Assembly (NCBI GenBank): GCA_965285935.1
Contig: OZ260661.1
Span: 95,976,001 to 96,040,000 of the forward strand
Reading direction: 5' to 3'
Source: Ophelia neglecta
Lineage: Eukaryota
DNA length: 64,000 nt
The position numbers and the translations under genes are program-made. Each line of letters opens with the position of its first letter. The stretch's first letter is position 1. Positions 38,401 to 50,703 of the stretch are shown here, one piece after another. The notes beneath the pieces are model-generated. The model worked only from the letters and a program-made list of their open reading frames with translations, was not told the origin of the DNA and searched no databases.

Positions 38401-38830
38401 TGATGTTTAAATCGGCAAATATTTCATCCGTTTTAAACAGGTTTTCGTATCGTTGGTTTTTAAAATAGGCAAAATATCGCCTTATAAGGATCCGATGTTT
38501 TGTCAAATTTGATTTCGGGACTTAATATCCTAATGTACCTCTCCCGTGGGTGTAACATTTCATCCGGAATGTGGGATGCTAGTAATTTCCAAGCCGGGAT
38601 AATATTGGGGTCCATGTTTTGGTAATTTTGAGTGACATTCAGCAGTCAAAAGGAGACCCCAGGCTTTGGAGCTGTAACGATTTAGTTTCTTCATGGAAAT
38701 ACGCATGTCTGTATTTTCAAACCCTTAAAAAAGGATGTGCAAAATGCAAAAAGCGTGGATTTGAGAAGATTTTGGTAACGTGCTGACGATAGGCGTTATA
38801 TGCTTATATGTATGTCCTTTTTCTGGGATG

Positions 38831-39390
38831 TGTGACGAGTATGTGGTGGCTATTCATGTCCTTTATTACCTCGGTATGTGACGAGTATCAGATGGCTATT
38901 CATGTCCTTTATTACCTCGGTATGTGACGAGTATCAGATGGCTATTCATGTCCTTTATCACCTGGGTATGTGACGAGTATCTAGGGCTATTCATGTCCTT
39001 TATCACCTGGGTATGTGACGAGTATCTAGGGCTATTCATGTCCTTTATCACCCGGGGTATGTGACGAGTATCTGTGGGCTATTCATGTCCTTTATCACCC
39101 GGGGTATGTGACGAGTATCTAGGGCTATTCATAGTTGGTTGTGTGACGAGTATCTGTGGGCTATTCATGTTCTTTATCGCCCGGGGTATGTGACGAGTAT
39201 CTAGGGCTATTCATGGTTGGTTGTGTGACGAGTATCTGTGGGCTATTCATGTCCTTTATCACCCGGGGTATGTGACGAGTATCTAGGGCTATTCATGGTT
39301 GGTTGTGTGACGAGTATCTGTGGGCTATTAATGTTCTTTATCAGCTGGGGTATGAGAAGATTATCTATGGGCTGGTCATGCTGATATCGC
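38831..39390. repeat. Minisatellite, ~12 units of 35-47 bp with a TGTGACGAGTAT...GGCTATTCAT core
   Basis: Units directly visible; the later units alternate long and short. Confidence 0.95.
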
Positions 39391-40869
39391 AGCAACCCAC
39401 CGCCGCAGCACAACGTGGAAAACAGGAGTATTTAGATGTGATGCTCATGGCTTAATCATAATATCATTTTTTGCAAAGGCGAGTATAAAATTGCCCCATG
39501 TGTGTCATTGACGGAAAATCCACGCATCCTTATTAATACTGGCACTTATTATACTTATAGTACTTGAATATATAGTATAGTACTTATACTTGAAGTTATA
39601 TTTCAAGATATGTTACATATTCACCCCTGCTAAATGAATCAAACTCATGTCATTTATTTATGTCAGGATTTACGAGTGATGGTCATATATTTCTAGTGAC
39701 ACTATAAGTACAGTATTTTATAGCCTATATGTGCCATATTTAGTGGATATGTTTAATTTTCCTAACTTACACCTAAGCAACCTTCCTACCTTGCTCGGAT
39801 TTAAGTCATATATACTTCAGAACAAATCAAGTCAACTAATGTTTTATCAAACCCTCAAGTCATTTCAACCACACGGGGCCTGACCTTCACCAGAATAAAA
39901 AAATGGATGCAGAAGTTACCTTATCAGCGATGCCCCAGTGCATTATATCTGGCCGGAAATATAATTAGCTGTAATTAATTACATTTTGCGGTCGTTTTAC
40001 TTGGAAATCATGATATAATCCAACAGGAAACCCAGTTTAAATGTTAGGCAATTGTTCTGGCAAACAACAGTCTATCGCCGACAATGGTGAAGTTGTGTTA
40101 TCTAGACAGAAGGGTTGGCTGGTGAGTAGGGGAAGGCAATCACGTACTTGCCTCAGAAGATTCGCCGATCGCCTCAGGACATCACTCATATAGGTACAGT
40201 GCGGCAAAACCAATTTCTACAGCATGATTAGATGGCGCGAGTTCTAAAGAAACATAATTCTCGACCATAAAGATTTGATAAACATTCCATTATTGTGATG
40301 TATTGACATGCCCTGCGGCCTGGTGAATGGAGTGTGCGACGCAGCAAACCTCTTCAGGCAAAGCACTGACGTGACCTCAATTCGGAGCAGAGGTCAGCGC
40401 CTTCAACGCCTTCAGTGCCTGGCCATTCACTGCGCACCGGACAGTTTATTCTACTGTTATTGTCCGTTCATCATCTCTTGTGAGGAACGGACAATAACAA
40501 CGGAATAAACTCTCGGGAGCACCTAGAGGTGAACTCAGGTCAAATGACCTTCCACAATTGTGCACCGAAGGTCAAAAAGCGTTTATAAATCAGTATTTTT
40601 ACATCGTCAGCCTCAACTCTTGATTTTTACCCATGTATTCAAAACAAGGAGGAGGATGTAATAAAAAGGCCAATGTTGACATTTTTGCGGGAGAAGGCCT
40701 AGGGACAGGCCTAGGAATGGTGTGTGTGTGTGTGTGGGGGGGGGGGGGGGTAGACATGTCTTGAAATGGAAAATGGATTGGCTACAGTGGGAGTAATAAA
40801 TTTGTGCTTTAAAATATGGATTAATTGTCTTTTAATACATTTTTCCATGGGGCGGGTTCTTCCTACCCC

Positions 40870-40965
40870 TCCCCCCCCCCCCGGCCCAATTCTTTATGGC
40901 GCTTCCCGAAGGGTTCTGCCCCCCCCCCCCCGGCCCAATTCCTAAGGATGCTTCCCTTAGGGTCT
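40870..40965. repeat. Tandem duplication of ~49 bp starting with poly-C (CnGGCCCAATTC...GCTTCCC)
   Basis: Two adjacent similar copies. Confidence 0.75.
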
Positions 40966-41788
40966 CGGCAGTAGAAGACAGTGCGCGGCGCATGGTCTTG
41001 GTTTATTGTTAAGAATCACTGCCCTATCTTGGATGAATAATTTGGCCTCTTCACTGAGAAATGAAATTTCTACATTGCAAGGAACGTTGATGATAAAATC
41101 ATTGCGGTTTTTGGAATCCGACATTCCATTCTCGGCGGCCACAGTAATGTGTGTGTCTTGTCAGCACCGAGTTGTGCGCTGGGGAGGGGGATTCAGTCCG
41201 AGGCGATGTCAGATCAATCGCTCTAACCTAAGACGACAGGCCCTCCGGAGGGTAAGGTTTTGTATGGACGAAGAGTTCGAATGCTGCCGTAACATGTCAC
41301 ATGGTCAAAAAGCCACGTGAATATAAAACAAAGCAGGGTGCATAAGTGCATTGTAAAGAGAAACCATTTAGTCGGCCCTAGTCCATACACGTTAAATTGC
41401 ATCCAGACATATAGCCATCACTGTTGAGATTTGGCATAGGCTTTGATTGTTACATTATTTGATAGGCCTATTTAGGCAAATATATACATGTATTTGACAA
41501 ACGGTCATAATATCTCTCTAAAATTGTATTGTTGGTCGATAAGACTTCCAAATTATGCTCTGCATTCGGCAATCCATTGCCTTAATGAGCCTGAAACAAT
41601 TGACTCGATTGGTCAATCTTATTTATAACAAAGAATACAATAAAAAGGTTCAATCTGAGTCAGTATTCTAACACATAAGTACTATCAGAACAGTTTATTG
41701 TTTTCGAAGGTCTTTAAACAAGTTGGCCTGATTGGTTCCTCTAAAACCCCCAAACAAATTGACCAGCCCACCGCTGATTCTAGATAGA

Positions 41789-41856
41789 GGCCCACTTTAC
41801 GGCCCCGGCACACTTTACGGCCGCGGCCCACTTTACGGCCCCGGCCCACTTTACCG
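41789..41856. repeat. 18-bp tandem repeat (GGCCCACTTTACGGCCCC), ~4 copies
   Basis: Directly visible array. Confidence 0.9.
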
Positions 41857-44399
41857 TCCACTGTCCCGATCACATCACCAAATCTGAATATAGGCTGCCA
41901 CTCTCAGAATCAAATCCCATATAGATTCAGATCTCAGCCCCTCATTGAGATTTTGTGCTCGGACCTGAACATGGGTTTAAAAGCCGAGATCTGAATCCTG
42001 AATGAGATTTTATCCTAGTCAGTAACTATTCGAAAGTGGGGTTCTCCTAAACTTCATGCCACTTTGCCGACTATTTTGGATCTGAGCATTCTATTCATTT
42101 TATATACCAGTCAACAATCTGCTGGTTTATGGGTTTGTGGATGAGAGCACACAAACCACGGGGCCATTTAGTGCTTATTCAATTTAGGCATATTCTTATG
42201 GGCCCAAGCTTTTGTTGTGTTTGGTGAATGACCCTCTCCCTGTACACAATAAACTAATGTAGAATCATTGGTCACAATTCTATAATAACGGTTTATTGAA
42301 TTTTGTTGGGACCAATGTTGCCGGCCAGTGCAATAATTGAAATATTGCGAGTGCCCTTGGTAAATGGCCGGTTGTCCTTGCCCACAGAATCCTCGAGTAT
42401 TGAGATGCCCTGTCAGTATAGCGGTGATTGAACCATCAATCTGAGAAATCAATCATTGCATGTTATCGACCGGTGACAGGGCATTTGCAGCCCTTTGGGC
42501 ATAGCATAACCGATAGTTGCATCGCTAAAACATTTGAAGTCAACCAAATGTTCGGTGCTATCACATATTATGGCCAGTGGCAATTTAAACATATCTCAGT
42601 AGGCAGACGACACTGTTGATGTTAGTTTTTAATATCGATTCGTCTGTATTTCTGCCAAGATTTGAAAGAGATGGGAGCCTCACGTATAGACAGATTTTGG
42701 TGTGCAATTCTTTGAAAGGCCACAAACCAAGAGGTCAGGCGAGTCTTGAGGAGTCTGAGCCGCGGCTCTGGCCCTTGAATCAAATCTTGACAGCTCTATC
42801 AACCAAGACGGAGCAAACTCGAATAATCAAAGAACATCTACATTAGATCGACAATTGGCTTCTCATTTCGAAAATGATCCATCTTAAAGTTGATCGAGTT
42901 GAAAATTCAGTAGTCCCTTCCGCATGTATTTAATTATTTCCCAATTGGCAAGAATATTATGCCTGTATATAAGACCGACAGTAGGCCTAATGTGTGTCAG
43001 TTTTCATTGTGCGTCTAAGTTAAAACTGAAGCGTTGCATCGAATCAGTGTAATCGTTCACGTGGCAAACAAACCATCCCTCCAGAACATCGTAATCTTGC
43101 CCGGATTGCTATGCAGCATGTATCTTTCATTCCACAGTGTTAGTTCACTGTTATCTTCAAAAGTGTGCCCACGGGGCGTAGAATGAGTCTGAATGGAACC
43201 AAATGAGTTTAAAAGCATTTGGAAGGCTTCATTGTACTTTATTTTCATCTCTGGTTTTAACCTCGACGATAAAGACACCCACTCAGGATCTATTGCTAAT
43301 ATTTTTATCGTGCCACACGCTGCCAGTGATTTGCTATTTACAGAGGGCTGGCCCAGGTACTCAAATTATACATCTGCACAAATTGTGACATATTAGCTGC
43401 GTTTCCCATTGTCAGTATGTAGACCTGTAGTCCTGAGTTTTTTATTTTGTAATTTACAGCGAGCATGATCAATTAACGAGCACGATAAGCGTGTTATTGA
43501 CTGAATTCCCCCCTCCTCCACCCCACTCTATCCCCTCAACCATTGTACTATAGGCTAAAACCATATAGAAGAGGCCCCCAGTGAAGTAACACTCGTACAA
43601 GACGTTTTAAACAACTTCGGTTTAAAATATCTGTTCTTATCTGCCAGGAGCATATTTCGGTGCTCCAGAGCAACACATACATTACAGTTTATACAGTTAG
43701 ATTGGGTCAGTACAAGGGTGTGCAACACATAAAGGCCCATTTAGGTGGTGATCTGATGGTAGACAGCCAGTTTATATGCTGATCTGTTTAACACATTTAA
43801 TAGGAATATTTCTACTAGGCCTATACAATTTAATTTTTTAATGCCATTGGAGGCAGTGGTAGTTTAATGTTAAGATTTAAATGTTCCATTCAAATCTGAA
43901 GTTCACATAGAAGGTAAATACCCCAAAGAGCACTGTCCCGTCTTTTTTAAAAATTAAAATTAGGCATGTTTTCATCTTTTAAAATGTTGACACAAGGGCT
44001 GCTAAATATTGTTCCCTCATTATGTGAGCATGGTGGTATATAATCTTTTATATCTCACAAACCGATCAAATGTGTGAGAAAAACTCAGCTTCATCAATTG
44101 TTTATTTGCCTAACATTCAAGAAATTCCTCTCGCCAGGTTCAAACGATTGCAGCTGGGGAAGCATTGATATAAAATAGTCTGCCTATAAAGCCTAGGTCT
44201 GTATGTGCGGTATGTACGCGCAGGCGCATTTCGCGATTTTTGGTAGTCGCGAAAATTGTGAACATTTTCTGTTGGCGAGTCTCAGTGTCCAAGACAACAT
44301 TTGGTTCTCCATTAGCCATATTGCATTTCTACTTAATAATTCACAGCCCCGTATCTGTAATGAGATGCTTGTGATAAGTATCTATTGATCAGGGTTGTT

Positions 44400-44545
44400 G
44401 TTAAGTATTATTTTTGTCTGCTAAATATTATTGCTAAGCATCATTCTTTTCTGCTAAGGATTATTATTTTCTGCTAAGGATTATTATTTTCTGCTAAGGA
44501 TTATTATTTTCTGCTAAGGATTATTAATTTTTGCTAAGTATTATT
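44400..44545. repeat. 20-bp tandem repeat (TTATTATTTTCTGCTAAGGA), ~7 copies with degenerate edges
   Basis: Directly visible array. Confidence 0.9.
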
Positions 44546-47500
44546 TCGCCGATGGTGGCATTCACTGCTGATATTGACAGCTAGCTATTTCCAATACATT
44601 TGATTATGTTAATGGGGCATTGCTACCAAGCATTTAATTCAACGGGGTCTTTAATTTTTAACTTTCCCTGCAGGAAGCAAAATAAAACCTTATGGATATC
44701 TATTTGACTAGTTTTTCCCACAAATAGGCAAATATTTCCCTTTTTCAACCGAAAAATATTGCCCATGCATGTGTGTGGGAATCTATCATCAATCATCGTG
44801 GAATTCTTACCTCTTGCAGTTGTAATTTTGTGCCAAAAAAGAAAAAATCCGCACAATCTATCAAAATGCGCTCGGGACTATATTTGAAAAGAGTATATTT
44901 GAGGAGCGCAACCTATAGTATAGCCATCAATATAGAAAAAGAAGAGCATGCTGGGAAATTGTTCTGAGATCACAAGGAACCTAACTATATAATATATTTG
45001 AGAGAATCGTTTGAATTTGGCATTCGATTATTGCAATCCTGTGTACCGACACAATATATAATGATATGCCTAGGTCTTTATAGCCCTATAAGCTAACTTG
45101 TCCAGCTGAATTAGCCTTATTTTATCGGATTGTGTGGCTCCTTAAAAAAGTAAATTTGCGGTATTGAATTATATGGACTTAAATTTCTGTTGGTTTTAGT
45201 CAAATAGGTTTAGGAATATGATGGTGCATACGTCTATATCATTTATGTCGCTTTTTTTGATATAGCAGTAAATTCAGATGGCTGGTTAATCCAAACGGCG
45301 TCTGTGCATGGCGTATTAAACACGAAGGTCTTATGGCGATATTGTCTGTATTGCAGACAGTGCTGTGTGAATCACTTGGGGGATACCGTCAGGCAGGCTC
45401 CCTGGTAGAGAATTACATCGTCAATCATTCGGGGTGGGAATAACCGGAAAGTGCTCGAGCATCAATGGGACACGGCAGAATTGATAGACTAGCGTGATTT
45501 GTATTAACGGCGTAACGACCTGAACAACACGTTATTCATCTGCCAGCCAGACACAAACACACATAAACAACGCGGTTTCTACTGTGCATCAGTGGATTTG
45601 ATGCGCTTTCCTTGCTGATATTGTCTCCATACAAGCCCACAGCCCATCGGAAAACCACATGCATGCACTGTTTGTGTAAATCAACAACTCAGTAGAATAC
45701 ACGGTTTAGATGCCTAGGTTCCTCTATTCATTTACCAATTGATATTAAGGCTGGTATATGGAACTTGTTTTCTATCGTGAATTGCGGTAAAACCATGGGC
45801 TGTAATCCTGTTTTAAACGACATGTATGATCTACGTAAGTCCAACGTACTGGTACTCTTTTAAACATGTGTAGGGCCCTACAGGCCATGTAGCCGGTGCT
45901 GTGTCTCATGGATAAAATCAGTATTCCTTTTGCGCAGTTCATGTAGATTTATCAGGGAAGTCCTCTATTTATCACCTCCCCAGCTGCTTGCTCCGATTGC
46001 TGAAAACTGTTTTTAGGGCCATTTAACAGGCGTTACTCCGTTTAAGCCCATTGAAGCTGATTTGTTGGTAAACATTTAGAAAGGGCCCTTAGGCCTCTGT
46101 CAGTACGATGCCTACAGTAGTAGAGGCCGTCTATACCTGATGAATCTTTTGACTGTATGCCGGTTCTTAATCTGAAAAATAAAAACAAAGTAGCGTTCCA
46201 ATAAATCAAATATAGAGCTGAGTGTATGCCGCGCTGCGTGGCTTATTTTACTGGTAAAAGCACGTAACATCCCCGCAATTGGCATTTGGACTCTTCTTAT
46301 CTTGCGCAATCTCAAGGTTTAACCTCTGAAAATAGACTGGCCTATTGCCCCTGTTGTATTCATACGTTACAGGCTGGTTGGAAATATTGTGGTTAGCAGT
46401 CCTCGCGTCTTGGTCACAGCAAACGCATCAGCATTCCAATGAAGCGGACTCAAGTTCTTTTTAATGTGTACCGCAAAAATTCTTGATCACTAAAACCGCC
46501 TACCATACCTTATGAGCTTTGTTCCGAACGTATTTAATTGCACGAATATGTTTATTATGAAGCTTGATTAACAACAGCATTCTCGATAAAATTGTCTTAA
46601 ACTCAAAAAATAATTCAACGTGACATTAATTTAAATCCATTTCTGTGGCGCATGGGTTCAATAGAATTGAATATTTTGTAATATTTTTTTTGTTGAAGAT
46701 TTGAATAAAGAGGCATTTGTTTTAATTGGGTGGATTGATAGGTTCGCCTACAGGGCGTAAATGTAATTTCCAGCTTCATTCAACAGTTGTAGTCTAGGTA
46801 TTAAGTGATTTAAAGCCTCATTGTAAGTCAATCGCAGATTACACATCCAAGCTGCTGGCTTGTAACAGTCTGCATGTATGTGATACTGGAATGTGAGTTA
46901 GGTTTTTTAAGTAGACCAACTTTAAATGCACCCTTCCCACAGATCTTTATCTACTACCCGATCCTCTGGGGAATAATGACACCAGACAATGTGAGCAGGG
47001 TACCTATAATGTAGCGTTTAAAAGAAACACCCATCGTGTTTAAGGCAAAGGTAAAAACGGTGAATAAAGCCATATTTCCTATATGAATATTTTTTCGTTT
47101 GCCTATACTTATTTATGACATTGTATGTAAAGCTATTGAGCCTATACATCCGAAATGTCCACATAAACAAAGCTCGAATTGACGAAACGGCAGAGACATG
47201 AACCGCCTCCTCACGCACGTGAACCTGAATTGTTCAAATGAGAATTTAAGGCTGGCAGTTTTAAGCCCTCATTCCTTCGAGACAAGGATCAGTTGACACA
47301 AGCCGGCTCGTACGCATGCGCACAACAGTTACTGACTGTTCCCGCCGATATGAATATCGATTCAAGTTTGTTCCAATGATATTCGAACAAAACTATGAGG
47401 CCCCTATAACCTTTAAATTCTATATTTGATTTTTCCAATAAGATGCCATCCATCCCTTGGATTGGACCTACACCTTAGAACCGCTTGAATCTTATAGTAG

Positions 47501-50019
47501 AAAATAATCATACTTTCGTCCATTTTTCTTAACTATGATTTATAAATTGTTTTCATTGTATTAAGAAATGTGCAAGGGTCTGTTCGGAAAGAACTTAAAA
47601 CAATTTATTAAACAAAAGGAGTTATAATCTTTGAAATTTAAAAACAATATATAACTAAAATATCCAATGGGAATGGCTCACTCTTTATTGTTAGGGCATC
47701 TTCACGTGTTTTAAAAGTTGTAGAGAATCCCACCAAACCTGAGGATGTTGTCATTTACGACTCATAAGGCACGCTTATATTTCCAACAACAACAAAATCA
47801 TATAATATCCTGAATACTAAATAGTTCTTAAGACTCTATGAAAAGAATTTTAGACCAAATATCAAGATATGCTGATAAGTATTGAGGCAGGAAAAACAAT
47901 ACCAAGAAAAGCTGACGGCTGAGGGGCTCCTACCTAGAATCATAGTCCTGCCATCAGAGCCTCGGCCGAGAGCCAACATAAAAGGTGGGCGATATAGGCC
48001 CGAGGCTTATTACTATGATGAAGTACTGTGAGCACTATATATAGGCCTGTATGCGTTTATATAATCACTATTTATATCAAAGAATTCACCATGGTTATTA
48101 GGCTAGGCTATTTTTATTTGTTTTCGCGTTGAATGTCAATATTGCTCTGTTAAATATAGGCCTATGGCTACCAATAAAATTGAATTAATGGTACGCCAGG
48201 AATTTAATCATCCAAGACAAATCTTTACCTATATTTTCATTTATCGTACGAACAATTATAGGCCGAATGCTCATATGACGGGGTCAATTGAACCATGCCG
48301 AAGGTTTGTTGGGATCCCGGTAAAATGCAACTGCCACACACCATTGAATATGATGATTGAATAAAGAAATTTGTGTATATGAATAAAATCGAGGCGAAGC
48401 TCAGGGTTTGTGAATCCGAGTGGCAAAAACGTCATGATATGTTTACAAGTGTTATCCCTCCCGACTGTTGGTGCTCTACTACATTTATTATTCTTAAAAG
48501 ATACGGGGATGGAGAGGTGATTGAGCCGCTGGAAGCCGGAAGGGGAGGAGGGGGTCGGAGTAGGTACGGCGAAGCATGAGCTGGGATGTAGGCTACGTGC
48601 CTACAAGGTAATGTTTCGAGTTGATATGCAAGGGTCTTTTAAAAGATATTTTGATCGACATAAAGAGGCTTGCAAAATGTTTGGGCATTGAACTTGCCTC
48701 AAACGACAATGCAGGGCTCAATACATTCCGCCTAAGATGAACTTCAATGAGCTTTACATCTTCTGACCAAATTGTATAAATTGCCATTTTTTTTATTGAA
48801 ACTATTTTAGCCACGAACACACCAGTTTCCGCAAGACGCGTTATGTGCAGTTAAAAGCAAATTGTCTGTGGTGACTGCCCCCTGACCTTGCTCTTGGTTG
48901 TGCAGTCTTTTATGGCCGCACAATATGTGTGGGCCCGATCCAATCCGAGAGGGTCTCGGCCCGTGACCTCATAGCCGACAGCTACTGTCTGTCTATACGT
49001 GCTCAACCTTTATATTTCTTCGACAGGCGCTTCCTGCCTCAAGCCAGAGCAGCAATGTCCTGTCAGCAAACCGGCGGTATGACACAACGACCAAACATGG
49101 CCGGAGGCCAGCTATATATGCCTTCATAGACACAATCTGGGATATAAGAATCTGGTTGCTTGCATCCCAGACACACTGTACAGAGATAATATTCCCCCAG
49201 CGACTAACCGTCTGGGCACCAGTCAACCGGGAATGCTATCACGCAGTCATGTGTAAGAAATAGACTCCCATACAAAATAGTTACTATTCCTATCCACAGT
49301 CGTTCCAGTTTATTTTTTTTAAAAATCCTTTCAAAAGGTCAAACAACAGGTCCCATAATCGATTTTTTTCAGCGCTAAAAACGTATAAGCCTAGGACTAT
49401 AGAGCCAATTCATTTATTTTCTTAATAAATAAGTAGGCCTATATTTTATAACATTACATACAGAAACTCCCCTGTTTATTACTTTAAGGGTGTGCACGCT
49501 TTCTGTAGACCCATCTCACTGCGGCCTTCTGGAAAAAGTTCAGCAAGGTTTGGTTCCCACACCGCCCGGCGGACATACTTGTGTATATGAATACATGGTG
49601 AATTCAAATCAAGCCCTCATTTTGTCTGAATATTTCAACTTTAAGCAGAATATTGTCGTCTAGTTCGCTCGCACCAGGAGCTTAATGCAAATATTGGGCT
49701 AGATCCAATGTAACCAATCAGGGTACATGAAATCGAAATCATTGATCAATTGCACCCGTTGAAATTACGGGTGGGGTGGGAAAGTGAACAACAAACATAG
49801 AACTAATTTCAAACCCCGAAATAATGCGACCCTGTTGTTTTAGCCAGGTATAAGCAAAATAAAAGAGTGCTTGTCGAGTGCTTATCGGTCCATGGTTCAT
49901 ATAGATTGAGAGGGTTTGTGGGGTACTGATGGGTTTGCTACCAATATTCGTTGCTTAAACAAATTTGAATTTGAATGACAAAACATGAGAATTGAAAAAC
50001 TTCTTTTCTTTTTTTTCAG

Positions 50020-50703
50020 TGTTCATTCGACGTGTGTATGAAGCGCTATTCAGAAAATAAAGCCGCTGTCGACAAATTCGCGGAGCCCTGGGAAGCGAAA
50101 CAAAAGTCGAGAGAGTCCTTCCAATGTTTTTACGATACATTTAAAATGAAAGATGTTATAACGGAAAAGAAGAACACAAAGTCCGACGTAGTCCATAGTA
50201 TGCTGTGGCCGTCAATAGTTATCATAATCTGCGGTACTATTTTCCTGCGCCTTGAGATGCGCAGGCGTGGACTTACTTTTTGGGGAACAGGAGAGAAAGA
50301 CGGCAAAGCAGCGCCAAATCCAAAGCCAAAATACGGAGCGGAAAATAACACACGAAACGGAAAAGGAGCCCACCAGACTTTGTTACAAACATCACAACAC
50401 TGTGAATACCCAAAATGCAAACTGTTGAAAAACGCAGAGACTCCTGTTATATCAAGTTCCTTATCAGATCTGGACAGAATCAAACCACTTGACAAGAGAA
50501 CTATTGCATTTGCCGAGGACCAATGCAAATTGTCAACAAGTATAAGTGCTGACAGGCTGCAAAACCAAATGGTGAATCCTGAAGTGCATCGCGACAATAT
50601 CACTACAAGGAACATTGATAAATTTCGTCAGGATTCGGCCAAATCGGATTCCCCGACTGGCTCTCAGGGCAGTAGGGCAATGGGCATGGAAACTCCAGTA
50701 TGA
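50020..50703 (+). CDS. KCNMB/CaKB-like protein, coding exon 2 (rest of loop, TM2, long C-terminal tail)
   Basis: CSFDVC...N...V...W...FQCFY...DVI...VVHSMLWPSIVIIICG matches the KCNMB C-terminal half (cf. beta4 CSYIPPC...FTCYF...DVLL...LLHCFLWP). Ends ETPV followed by TGA TGA. Confidence 0.92.
   Translation, partial: CSFDVCMKRYSENKAAVDKFAEPWEAKQKSRESFQCFYDTFKMKDVITEKKNTKSDVVHSMLWPSIVIIICGTIFLRLEMRRRGLTFWGTGEKDGKAAPNPKPKYGAENNTRNGKGAHQTLLQTSQHCEYPKCKLLKNAETPVISSSLSDLDRIKPLDKRTIAFAEDQCKLSTSISADRLQNQMVNPEVHRDNITTRNIDKFRQDSAKSDSPTGSQGSRAMGMETPV

Larger units (their letters stand above)
14060..50019 (+). other. Single ~36-kb phase-0 intron of the KCNMB-like gene
   Basis: GTAGGT donor and strong acceptor TTCTTTTCTTTTTTTTCAG. 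The join gives HSQ|CSFDVC, the family-typical spacing, so no coding exon appears to be missing. Confidence 0.85.

Noticed and set aside
38831-39390. CRISPR-like appearance of the repeat array
   Set aside because: The intervening segments are themselves repeated rather than unique spacers, the context is eukaryotic and there are no cas genes.
14500-49900. Many 60-105-aa ORFs in the intron, as nested genes or additional + strand first exons
   Set aside because: None shows the TM + Cys scaffold or any recognisable domain. Short or decayed exons below the ORF threshold cannot be excluded without a profile search.
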